From positions 31,896 through 95,895 of the forward strand of contig CAKOSN010000003.1 of the NCBI GenBank assembly GCA_934102255.1: a DNA stretch of 64,000 bases, read 5' to 3'. The stretch's first letter is position 1; each line of letters starts with the position of its first letter. The notes beneath the pieces were generated by a model. It saw nothing but the letters and a program-made list of their open reading frames with translations. It was not told the origin of the DNA and ran no database searches. Made by a program: the position numbers and the translations under genes. Positions 55,501 to 64,000 of the stretch are shown one piece after another. Origin of the DNA: an uncultured Bacilli bacterium (GTDB lineage Bacteria; Bacillota_I; Bacilli_A; RF39; UBA660).

Positions 55501-56866
55501 AATCGTTCACCTCACAATAAGAATCATTAACAGGAATAGTTACATACCAATCTAAAAAATCTGGACTAATATGAACATAAGCGTATTTATTACTCTTGTA
55601 GTCTACATAATCAGCAACACTAGCAAGTTCTTTAGCAGTTTCCAGTTCTGGATGATTAACTGCATGCCACAATGACACAAAGGCTATAAATAATATAGAA
55701 TAATACAAATAATTTATAGAAGATTTATTTTCTTTATATAGCGATATAACCACAGCATAAAAAGCAATTAGTGCTGGTAAAGAATGATACCATACTTGAT
55801 AACTGGTACTAATCATTTCCTGATAATAACCAATGAAATCTTCTCTTTTGAAATTAATCATAAAGTACAAGAAAAATATGGAACCTAAACAAAAGAAGAC
55901 ATATTTTATTTTATCTTGCTTTTCTGCATTATATATAACAATTAACCATAAAATTAAACCAACTACAGTTGCTAAATTAGCATTAGATAAACTTAAATAA
56001 TTGTTAGTACCAAATATAAAGTTTATAGAACTAACAGTAAGTAAATATGAATAATAAAATAATGATTTTAATTGACTCAAACCTAACGATGGACTTGTTA
56101 TTGTATCAACATCTGTAATAAATAAAATAGCATAAGACTGTAGGGCTAGCGCTAAAACTAAGATTATTATTTTGATTATTTCATCTTTTTGATAATTCTT
56201 AAGTAAATTTTGGAAGGGATGATGCCAATTTATTTTCTTTAAAATATAATAAAGTAAAGAGAAGGCTATTATAAGTCCGGAAGGACTACTTAATATACAT
56301 ACTACTAAGATTGGCAATATTTTATAAGATGGCAATTTATTATCTAGAATATTTAAACTAACTAAGAATAAAAGTATTCCACACCACCAGTGAATAGAAA
56401 CCCCGTTATATAATAACCAAGCAAAATTAGATATTAATATTAAAGAAAGAAAAGAAATAATCATTCGAACTTTTCGAGACTTGATTATACCTTCAAACTC
56501 ATTAGATACAAAGTAAGCACAAACAAATGAACTAAAGAGCATTGCTAAAATTTTTTGAGTATTAGCAAGAACATAAACACTATTAAAAATTTTAGCCAGC
56601 GTTACACTAATTAGGGCAAATAATCTGGATAACAGATTAAAATAACCACCATAAGTTTTAAATAAGGAACCCAATCCTAATTCTAAATATTGATTTAAGA
56701 ATATTCTTCCATCTTCGGCAAATAAATAAGGGGCTTTAACAATTCCTTTATTTAAAAATAGCATGGTAGCAAAACTTACTAAAAACATTATAAACATTAC
56801 AAAATAGTTATTTTGAAATAATTTTTTGATATTAAAATCATTTTTCTTTTTATTAGTTTTTCTCAT
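55478..56866 (-). CDS. large polytopic membrane protein (GT-C-like glycosyltransferase or polymerase candidate)
   Basis: 462 aa with more than 10 TM segments, in a GtrA/GtrB context. No catalytic motif identified. Confidence 0.5.
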   Translation of the reverse strand: MRKTNKKKNDFNIKKLFQNNYFVMFIMFLVSFATMLFLNKGIVKAPYLFAEDGRIFLNQYLELGLGSLFKTYGGYFNLLSRLFALISVTLAKIFNSVYVLANTQKILAMLFSSFVCAYFVSNEFEGIIKSRKVRMIISFLSLILISNFAWLLYNGVSIHWWCGILLFLVSLNILDNKLPSYKILPILVVCILSSPSGLIIAFSLLYYILKKINWHHPFQNLLKNYQKDEIIKIIILVLALALQSYAILFITDVDTITSPSLGLSQLKSLFYYSYLLTVSSINFIFGTNNYLSLSNANLATVVGLILWLIVIYNAEKQDKIKYVFFCLGSIFFLYFMINFKREDFIGYYQEMISTSYQVWYHSLPALIAFYAVVISLYKENKSSINYLYYSILFIAFVSLWHAVNHPELETAKELASVADYVDYKSNKYAYVHISPDFLDWYVTIPVNDSYCEVNDCGSTIQK

Positions 56867-56884
56867 TTTTAAACACCTATCTAA

Positions 56885-58738
56885 TTAATACCTACTAATA
56901 ATTTTAAAGACGTTTTTCTCAACATCACTACTATAAGAATCCATAAAAGAAAATTCATCCTTGACTTTTGTAGAAATGATTCCCGATTCAACCATAGCAA
57001 CATAATTTCTACATAATAAATTTTTAGTGGGCTGATATTTTAAATATTTATTTATTATTTTTAGGTCATTAAAATAAATAGTAATAATATCATATATTTT
57101 ATTTAAATTTTTCTTCTTTTTTTCATCTAAAGTTTCATCATTATAAACCGGACTAACTTTACCATTTTGCTCTTTAAAGTATTGTAATTGACCATAAGGA
57201 GCCGTTAAAAAATATTCTAAAATTAAAGAATAATGATAAATTTTTTGATATTCAGTATTATCATTTATATCAAAGCAAAAATGCAAATGATTCTCTTCAG
57301 AATATTTTTTAACGCTACTAGAATTAGTTAAGTAATAACCGTTTAAACCTTTATCTAACATTTTAGAAAGATTATATTGAATACTTCCAGAATACCCTAA
57401 ATCAATTAAATTTAAATCAATTTTTTTATAGTTAGGTATTAATTCTTTAATATACTTTTTATAACAACTATTTTCATTTTTGATATTGTTTTTAATATTT
57501 TTAAGATTGTTTTTTACAACTTTAACAACTTTATCATAATCATCTGGTAATTTTATTGAAAAATCATCATTTTCATAGTTAAAATGAAAATTTTTCATTA
57601 AAAAGTTTTTTAAAGTGCCACTATAATCATTTTTTAACAAATTAAATATATCTTCATCATTTTTTATAGAAGCCGTATTAGTGGCCTTTCTGGATGCTAG
57701 AAAATAATAGTGATTTTTCTTTTCTATTTTATTAATAGCACAATATTTATCATATAATTTGGTAAAATAATACCCTTCTCTTGCTAAAAATAATAAATTA
57801 TCTTGATTACTATCGATTACAAATTTTAAAAATTCTGTAAGCACTGGAGCATGGAACATATAAACAAAATCATCAAAGTCATCAATCATTAATGGACTAA
57901 ATGGACTATTGAATAACTTTTTATTAAACAGTAAACCTAAATAATAAGAATCACTACAAGTTCTTGTATCAATAAATTCTTTTAAGGATGGATAAAGACT
58001 ACATTTATGTAATAATTCCTTACTTGATAATATTTTTATAGTATCGATACCAAACTCTTTTGGATAAGTAACATCAGATAAATCATTATCGCCAAGATGA
58101 ATTATTTTTTGATGAGGATATTTTTCTTTAAGAAAAGGCCAAACTGATTTATCATCTTTTCTCTTGCCAATATCATTTGAAACATATAATTGCTCATATA
58201 AACCTTTATAACCACAATTATCAAGAATTTCTGTTATTGTTTTTTTAGGAAGATACATATCGCTGACAATGATTACTCTCTTATTTAACTCATGCAATTT
58301 TTTTAACAAATCAAGCATATCATTTCGTGCTATTAACATTTCTTTTTCAATATTTATTTCGGCTTTTTTTAGGGTATTAGCAGCCGCTAAAGATATGTTG
58401 TTATCTTTAGCATACTGTTCATAAATCTCATCAAGATTAACATCGTGTTGATAGAAATTTCTCGCATTCCCTTCAGCTAATTTTCTTTTTTCTAAAAATT
58501 TTTCATCCGAGAAATATTCATTTAAAATTTTGAAAATATCATCCGGTTCATAAACGCATCTTGTTATTAAAGTATCAAATATATCAAAAGAAATAATATC
58601 ATACTTTTTTAAGTTAAAGAGAATATTTTCCTTACTTATTACTTCTTTAACTTGTTGCTCTTTTTTGAAAATATTTTTAACTTTTTTTCGAAAATCAAGT
58701 GGTAATTTTCGGTAAAGATTTAACAAATAATTCTTCAT
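56885..58738 (-). CDS. HAD-like domain protein of unknown function (polysaccharide locus)
   Basis: FDIFDTLITR (HAD motif I) and HLGDNDLSD (motif IV-like), followed by a ~350-aa uncharacterised C-terminal region. Confidence 0.55.
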   Translation of the reverse strand: MKNYLLNLYRKLPLDFRKKVKNIFKKEQQVKEVISKENILFNLKKYDIISFDIFDTLITRCVYEPDDIFKILNEYFSDEKFLEKRKLAEGNARNFYQHDVNLDEIYEQYAKDNNISLAAANTLKKAEINIEKEMLIARNDMLDLLKKLHELNKRVIIVSDMYLPKKTITEILDNCGYKGLYEQLYVSNDIGKRKDDKSVWPFLKEKYPHQKIIHLGDNDLSDVTYPKEFGIDTIKILSSKELLHKCSLYPSLKEFIDTRTCSDSYYLGLLFNKKLFNSPFSPLMIDDFDDFVYMFHAPVLTEFLKFVIDSNQDNLLFLAREGYYFTKLYDKYCAINKIEKKNHYYFLASRKATNTASIKNDEDIFNLLKNDYSGTLKNFLMKNFHFNYENDDFSIKLPDDYDKVVKVVKNNLKNIKNNIKNENSCYKKYIKELIPNYKKIDLNLIDLGYSGSIQYNLSKMLDKGLNGYYLTNSSSVKKYSEENHLHFCFDINDNTEYQKIYHYSLILEYFLTAPYGQLQYFKEQNGKVSPVYNDETLDEKKKKNLNKIYDIITIYFNDLKIINKYLKYQPTKNLLCRNYVAMVESGIISTKVKDEFSFMDSYSSDVEKNVFKIISRY

Positions 58739-58747
58739 AATGCCTCC

Positions 58748-60958
58748 TTACACTCTAAATATTTTATGAATAGCACTAGCATATTTTCTTTTAATAAATC
58801 TTTTTATACGCACTAAATTTCTAACTGTTTTTGATGAATTTTTAGGGGCGATAGGAACTTCTTTAATAGCATCCATAGCCTCAATTACTTCTTTAGTCGG
58901 CATAATTGGTTTGCGATTATAGATCATTTCCACATTACTATCAGCAATATTTTTTTCATCAATTGTATCATTAACAAATTTTAAAAATTCATTAAAACCT
59001 CTTTCAATAGGATATTTTTGCATAAACTTATAACCTGCATTGCTTAATTGTTTTTGGAGTTTTTCGTCATCCAAAATCTTTATAATAGCACTTGCCACTG
59101 CCTCGGGAGAGGTATCGGCAAGCAAAACGCCATCATCAGGAATATCATACAAATTGTTTTCACGATATAAATCTACAACTGGTAAGCCTGAGGCCATCAT
59201 TTCAAAAGGAATTCTTGAAGGATTTGACGAACTCATACAAAGTCCAACTTTACATTTATTATATAGTTCGTTGCATTTTTCAATTGGCATAATATGTAAA
59301 TTTTCCACTTCAACATCAAGTTTAATATCAGTATCTGAGCCATATAAATATATTTTAACATCTGGACGTAATTTTTTTACTAATATTAACGCTTTGATTC
59401 CAATATTACTACATCTTCTAGCCTTTTCCGGTTGAAAAATAAAACAAACGGCATTTTCCTTTTTGACATTGTCTAGTTTTTTATAAACACTAGTATCTGC
59501 ACAAAAACTAAAATAATTCATTTCTTGATTAAATTCTGTATACAATTTATGGGCTAACCATTTACCAATACTAACACCGCTTAAGCCATACTTATAAGTA
59601 TGTTCCATTTCTAAATAAAGACCGCCCATTGGTTCAAACCACGGTTCAAAATCTTGAATAAAATAGGCTTTTTTCTTAACATTATTATTCATATAATATA
59701 AATAATCAGGAGTTTTTATAGAATAAGTGGCAAAGGCTAAATCATACTCTTTTTGAAAAGAAATTCCCACATAAACATTGCATAGGCATTCCCCATAATA
59801 ATTAATAATTCTTTGCTTCATTGATTCATTAGTATTTGCATAATCTTCTTCTACATAAATATCACATTCAAAACCTTGTCTTACTAAAAAGTTGGCATTC
59901 TGAATCATTGTTCTAATACCACCAGAACCCTTAATTGGCCAAGGAATTATCCAGGCTATTTTTTTTGCTATCATACTACTTACCTCGTTTCTAAATTCCG
60001 CACTAGTTTCCCCAATTATGCCACCATATCGAAATGATTGTTTATGAATTTGCTCACTGTTTAATTGAAATTTTTTTCTAATATCACTTTGAATAGTTAA
60101 AAGTTCTCTTATTTCAACTTCTCGTGATGCTACTGTACTTGTTGATTTAGAATGTTTACGAAAATAGTTTAAACTTTTATGACAATAGGCGACTTTTCCA
60201 TTACTAAGCAAAGTATAATAAATGAACCAATCCCCACTTATTTTAAATTTTTTGGCTTCTTCGATAATTTCAACCTGATTTCCTTTTTTAAAAACTACTG
60301 CAGATACATTTGGTATTGTATTGCAAACAGCCAAAGCCTCTTTTATTTCTTCCTTACCATCATTAATATAACTATGAAGCCATTTAGTTTTACTTACAGC
60401 AAGCATCCAATCGCGGCAATCATCACTTATAATCCGATTATCCTCATCTATACGCATACTCTCAGCATAGGATAAAACTACATCCTCATCTTCAAAGCCC
60501 CGCATAATATTTTCTAAAAAATGACTATTACAACTATCATCAGCCTCAGCAATCCAAACATAATCACCAGTTGCTAAAGTGAAGGCTTTTTGCCATTGAC
60601 TAAATACAGATCCACTATTTTTTTCGTTTTTTACAAATTTGATAGCTATTTCAGAATGTTTTTTTATTATTTCTTCTATTTTTGCTACTGAATTATCCGT
60701 TGATTTATCATCTAAAATTATTAATTCATAAATTGGATAAGTTTGGAAAAGAATTGAATCAACTCTTTCTTCAATGTATTTTTCATAATTATAATTTGGT
60801 ATTATTACAGATACTTTTTTATATTGATCATTATATTCATGAAATTCACTATCATTTTTATATATAGTTACATGTCTATTATTTTTGAACTTTTTATATT
60901 TTTCGTATACACTATTTGGTGTTACTTTTAATAACATTTTTTTTACTTCATTTTTCAT
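58748..60958 (-). CDS. bifunctional glycosyltransferase (N-terminal GT2 domain, C-terminal GT-B/GT4-like domain)
   Basis: VSVIIPNYNYEKYIEERVDSILFQTYPIYELIILDDKSTDNS...WIAEADD. The C-terminal half has PFEMMASGLPVV (the E-x7-E region typical of GT4). Confidence 0.8.
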   Translation of the reverse strand: MKNEVKKMLLKVTPNSVYEKYKKFKNNRHVTIYKNDSEFHEYNDQYKKVSVIIPNYNYEKYIEERVDSILFQTYPIYELIILDDKSTDNSVAKIEEIIKKHSEIAIKFVKNEKNSGSVFSQWQKAFTLATGDYVWIAEADDSCNSHFLENIMRGFEDEDVVLSYAESMRIDEDNRIISDDCRDWMLAVSKTKWLHSYINDGKEEIKEALAVCNTIPNVSAVVFKKGNQVEIIEEAKKFKISGDWFIYYTLLSNGKVAYCHKSLNYFRKHSKSTSTVASREVEIRELLTIQSDIRKKFQLNSEQIHKQSFRYGGIIGETSAEFRNEVSSMIAKKIAWIIPWPIKGSGGIRTMIQNANFLVRQGFECDIYVEEDYANTNESMKQRIINYYGECLCNVYVGISFQKEYDLAFATYSIKTPDYLYYMNNNVKKKAYFIQDFEPWFEPMGGLYLEMEHTYKYGLSGVSIGKWLAHKLYTEFNQEMNYFSFCADTSVYKKLDNVKKENAVCFIFQPEKARRCSNIGIKALILVKKLRPDVKIYLYGSDTDIKLDVEVENLHIMPIEKCNELYNKCKVGLCMSSSNPSRIPFEMMASGLPVVDLYRENNLYDIPDDGVLLADTSPEAVASAIIKILDDEKLQKQLSNAGYKFMQKYPIERGFNEFLKFVNDTIDEKNIADSNVEMIYNRKPIMPTKEVIEAMDAIKEVPIAPKNSSKTVRNLVRIKRFIKRKYASAIHKIFRV

Positions 60959-60959
60959 T

Positions 60960-62879
60960 TTATTTAATACCCCACACCTGTTCTAAAAAATTTAATCTAT
61001 CTTGCATATTTTTTTGTTGCTCTGTACTTATATTATCATTATTTTCTAAGTAAGAATATATTTTTTTTATTTCTAGTAAATGTTTTTTTCTATTCATAGT
61101 AGAACTTATATTATTGCCATGTAAGCGATAGTAGTTTAAGGTTTTCTTGTTATAAGCAATCTTACCTCGTTTTAAAGCATTAAGATAAAAATACCAATCG
61201 CCGCATTGTTTAAAAGTTTTAGATATATTTAATATCTCCTCGTAATCGTCTTTTCTTATTATTGTTCCCGAAACATTTGGAATAGTGCAATTAAGATAAG
61301 CATAATTGGTTATTTCCTTTGGTCCATCATTAACATAATTTTTTTGCCAATGACCCGTTTTTAATAAATCTATCTGATCTATTAACGAATTTTTAACAAT
61401 AGTCCCTTCACTATCTATAAAGCCCGTATCAGCATAACTAAGGACAATATTTTCATTTTTATTTATGGGTTTAATTGCTTCTTTTAGAAAGTCCTTTTTA
61501 CAATAATCATCAGCCTCACAAATCCAAACATAATCGCCACTTGCTAATTTAAATCCTTTTTGCCACTGACTAAAAGCATTACCGCTATTTTTTTCATTAG
61601 GAACTACTTTAACATTAATATATTTATTGATATTAGAAACTATTTTATTAATAATTTCCAAAGAATTATCACTTGAACAGTCATCCAAAATAATAAGTTC
61701 ATAAATTGGATAATCTTGGTTTAAAATACTATATACTCGTTCATATAAGAACCTAGCATAATTATAATTAGGAATAACAACCGATATCTTTATATTGGTT
61801 TTAGCATAACTATTTTGTTTTATCGCACATTTCTTAAGATCATCTAAAGAAATATCTGGAATTACGTTCTTTTGTTTTATATGTTTAACATCTCGTAATA
61901 AATGATATAAACTTATCCAAAGATTATCTAAAATAAACAGTCTCTTTACATTTAAATTTACTAAATTAGAATAATAAATTTTATTAATTTTTGATTCTTG
62001 ATTTAAGAATTTTTGATATAGTTTATTATTTTTCACATCATATTCATTAATTAAACTAAAATATTTCTTTAAAACTTTGTATCTAGAAAAAAACTTCTTC
62101 TCTTTAGGAATTACATACAATAATAAAACTACTAGTTGATTATAAACAATAGCATCTTTTAAAGACTCATAATCTTTATTATCTTTAATTCTTTCTAAAG
62201 TTGTTTTAACTCCATAAAATATATCAAATCTTTTATCACTAAAGCCACTATTTTGAATAGAGCCACCTCTTTGAACATAATAATAATAAGTATTAGCATA
62301 ACTAATTTTTTTAGCCTCTACTATAGTAGGAATAACAACGGCTATATCTTCATTTACTTTTTCTTCTGCAAATTTATACTTACTAATTAATTCTTTTTTA
62401 AATAACTTATTACAAGCACTAGCGGCCAGACCATTATTTACTACGTTATAAACATTAAATTTATCACTATTACAACATTTAGAAATTACTTCAGTATTAG
62501 TTTCCTCATCTACAATTTTCATATCACAAATAGCAATTTCAGCCTTATTATCTACAATGGCTTGCATTAATTTTTCATAATAATCCAAATCGACATAATC
62601 ATCCGAATCAATATAACCAATATAATCGCCAGTAGCATTTTCTAATCCTATATTTCTTGAATAAGAAAGACCACTGTTTTTCTTATTATAAATTAGTTTT
62701 ACTTTATCATTATTAGAGTACTTTTTTAAAACTTCTTTAGAATTATCTGTTGAACCATCTTCAACAACAATTATTTCTAAATTTTGATATGTTTGATTTA
62801 ATAAAGAGTTTAAACATTTCTCAACATATTTTTCAGTATTATAAACTGCGACAATTACGGATATTTTTTTATTTTTCAT
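60960..62879 (-). CDS. glycosyltransferase with two GT2 domains
   Basis: ISVIVAVYNTEKYVEKCLNSLLNQTYQNLEIIVVEDGSTDNS...YIDSDD, and a second domain ISVVIPNYNYARFLYERVYSILNQDYPIYELIILDDCSSDNS...WICEADD. Confidence 0.85.
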   Translation of the reverse strand: MKNKKISVIVAVYNTEKYVEKCLNSLLNQTYQNLEIIVVEDGSTDNSKEVLKKYSNNDKVKLIYNKKNSGLSYSRNIGLENATGDYIGYIDSDDYVDLDYYEKLMQAIVDNKAEIAICDMKIVDEETNTEVISKCCNSDKFNVYNVVNNGLAASACNKLFKKELISKYKFAEEKVNEDIAVVIPTIVEAKKISYANTYYYYVQRGGSIQNSGFSDKRFDIFYGVKTTLERIKDNKDYESLKDAIVYNQLVVLLLYVIPKEKKFFSRYKVLKKYFSLINEYDVKNNKLYQKFLNQESKINKIYYSNLVNLNVKRLFILDNLWISLYHLLRDVKHIKQKNVIPDISLDDLKKCAIKQNSYAKTNIKISVVIPNYNYARFLYERVYSILNQDYPIYELIILDDCSSDNSLEIINKIVSNINKYINVKVVPNEKNSGNAFSQWQKGFKLASGDYVWICEADDYCKKDFLKEAIKPINKNENIVLSYADTGFIDSEGTIVKNSLIDQIDLLKTGHWQKNYVNDGPKEITNYAYLNCTIPNVSGTIIRKDDYEEILNISKTFKQCGDWYFYLNALKRGKIAYNKKTLNYYRLHGNNISSTMNRKKHLLEIKKIYSYLENNDNISTEQQKNMQDRLNFLEQVWGIK

Positions 62880-63744
62880 TATTCTCCCCCATCTGCATGC
62901 TTTCCAATAACAAATGTAATGATTTTAACCTTGTTTTTTCTCTAAACAATTTACTTAATCTTTCCTTTTTATTACTTTTCTTTATACTAGAGCCTTCCTT
63001 ATGAAACACCGTAAGTTTAGGGTCATATAAACTAACTAAATTATCCTTAAGAACTCTTTGATATAAAAATTCTTCTTCATGAAATAAGAATGTTTCATTA
63101 TAAAACGGATATTTATATTTATCTATATAGTCTTTACTAAATACTATACAACAACCATGAAGTGGTGCATCAGTTAATACCTTACTACCATTTACTGGCA
63201 CTACTGTTTTTTTTAAAAAATGTTTTATTTTAATCCCAGTCTGTAGTAACCAATAACTAATAGGATTATTATAAATACTAACTAGCTTTTCACATCTTTT
63301 TATCTCACTATTTAAAGAAGCAATATCTTTAATAACTGGAAAAGGATTAACAGACTCACCACTAGGTGATGTTATTAAAGGACCTAACATGGCAAATTTA
63401 TACTTTTCATAATCTTTACTAATAATATTTAAAAAGTCTTTATCACCAATGTAAACATCATTATTCATAACAATATAAAACTTAGAATGATATTTTTTCT
63501 TAGCATACTCTATCCCCTTATTATTTGCTTTAGCAAACCCATAATTTTGGTCTAATTTTAAAATATCATTAGTAAATCTTTTTATTAACTTTTCTTCACT
63601 AGTAGATAACGTATTATTATCAACAATAATAATATGGGCATCTGTTAAATCTAATCTTTTTAAGTAAGTTAAGCATTCTATTGTTTCATCAATATTCTTA
63701 TAATGTAAAATGACAAAGCTAAACATCTTATATTTCCTCAGCAA
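62869..63744 (-). CDS. family 2 glycosyltransferase (rhamnosyltransferase-like)
   Basis: FSFVILHYKNIDETIECLTYL, IIIVDNNT, and FAKANNKGI. Confidence 0.75.
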   Translation of the reverse strand: MLRKYKMFSFVILHYKNIDETIECLTYLKRLDLTDAHIIIVDNNTLSTSEEKLIKRFTNDILKLDQNYGFAKANNKGIEYAKKKYHSKFYIVMNNDVYIGDKDFLNIISKDYEKYKFAMLGPLITSPSGESVNPFPVIKDIASLNSEIKRCEKLVSIYNNPISYWLLQTGIKIKHFLKKTVVPVNGSKVLTDAPLHGCCIVFSKDYIDKYKYPFYNETFLFHEEEFLYQRVLKDNLVSLYDPKLTVFHKEGSSIKKSNKKERLSKLFREKTRLKSLHLLLESMQMGENNEK

Positions 63745-64000
63745 ATCTTTTCTCTAATTTTTTAAACACTTTATAACAAATTATTAAAGCTACTACCCCA
63801 GCAAGAAGTAATATAGCTAAATTACCAAGCTGTGGAATTCTATGAACATAGAAAATATCACGATACGCATTAATTAAATGAGCCATTGGATTTAGTCTAA
63901 ATAACCAAATCATCCATGAACCTTGAAACATTTCTGTTGAGTATAATACAGGTGTTGCATAGAAAAATAGATTTATTATAAAAGTCACCATGTATTCAAC
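63728..64000 (-). CDS. ABC-2 type polysaccharide/teichoic-acid export permease, C-terminal part (gene continues beyond the window)
   Basis: ATPVLYSTEMF...WLFRLNPMAHLINAYRDIF plus a final TM helix is the conserved C-terminus of TagG/KpsM-type permeases. The reading frame is open to the window edge. Confidence 0.7.
   Translation of the reverse strand, partial: VEYMVTFIINLFFYATPVLYSTEMFQGSWMIWLFRLNPMAHLINAYRDIFYVHRIPQLGNLAILLLAGVVALIICYKVFKKLEKRFAEEI

Noticed and set aside
1-64000. Prophage, integrative element, transposon or IS, and tRNA or rRNA genes.
   Set aside because: No integrase, transposase, recombinase, terminal inverted repeats or phage structural genes were recognised in any frame. 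No cloverleaf-like GTTCGA/T-loop contexts were seen in intergenic regions. The accessory regions appear to be chromosomal islands without visible mobility genes in this window.

Overview
This is a very AT-rich chromosomal segment from a low-GC Firmicute. It looks like an anaerobic spore-former: it carries nrdDG and a CotY/ExsY-type coat protein. All calls rest on reading motifs in the supplied translations and the raw DNA; no searches were run.

Most of the window is housekeeping:
- lon and hpf.
- A Bacillus-like murC-pgsA-rodZ / rnpB / gpsB neighbourhood.
- dut-nrdG-nrdD with a Crp/Fnr regulator.
- ftsW, murD, mutM and polA, then rpoZ.

Three regions look accessory:
1. **Left edge (1-7.9 kb).** A retron-type reverse transcriptase has a well-formed msr/msd-like ncRNA directly upstream. 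It has no co-directional effector. It is divergently paired with a ~1550-aa SF2 helicase that carries four tandem helicase-associated (HA) repeats and a ~550-aa N-terminus I cannot assign. A small operon encoding a leucine-rich-repeat (LRR) protein and a transglutaminase-like protein follows, and its second gene is interrupted by an in-frame TAG. This is my best candidate for an undescribed system.
2. **39.4-43.7 kb.** A 1233-aa secreted papain-like (C1) peptidase with GLUG repeats and a C-terminal dockerin is translationally coupled to a small cohesin-like protein with an NPETG sorting signal.
3. **44.6-64 kb.** A large teichoic-acid / cell-wall polysaccharide locus contains several unusual fusions: YidC with TagF, a flippase-like membrane domain with a kinase, and a cytidylyltransferase with an oxidoreductase.

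Other oddities:
- A stop-free 104-codon extension lies in frame after the ftsW stop and is built from two 42-codon repeats.
- Three 33-bp direct repeats lie upstream of rpoZ.
- An 11-mer is shared by two promoter regions.

I saw no CRISPR array, tRNA, rRNA, integrase or transposase.
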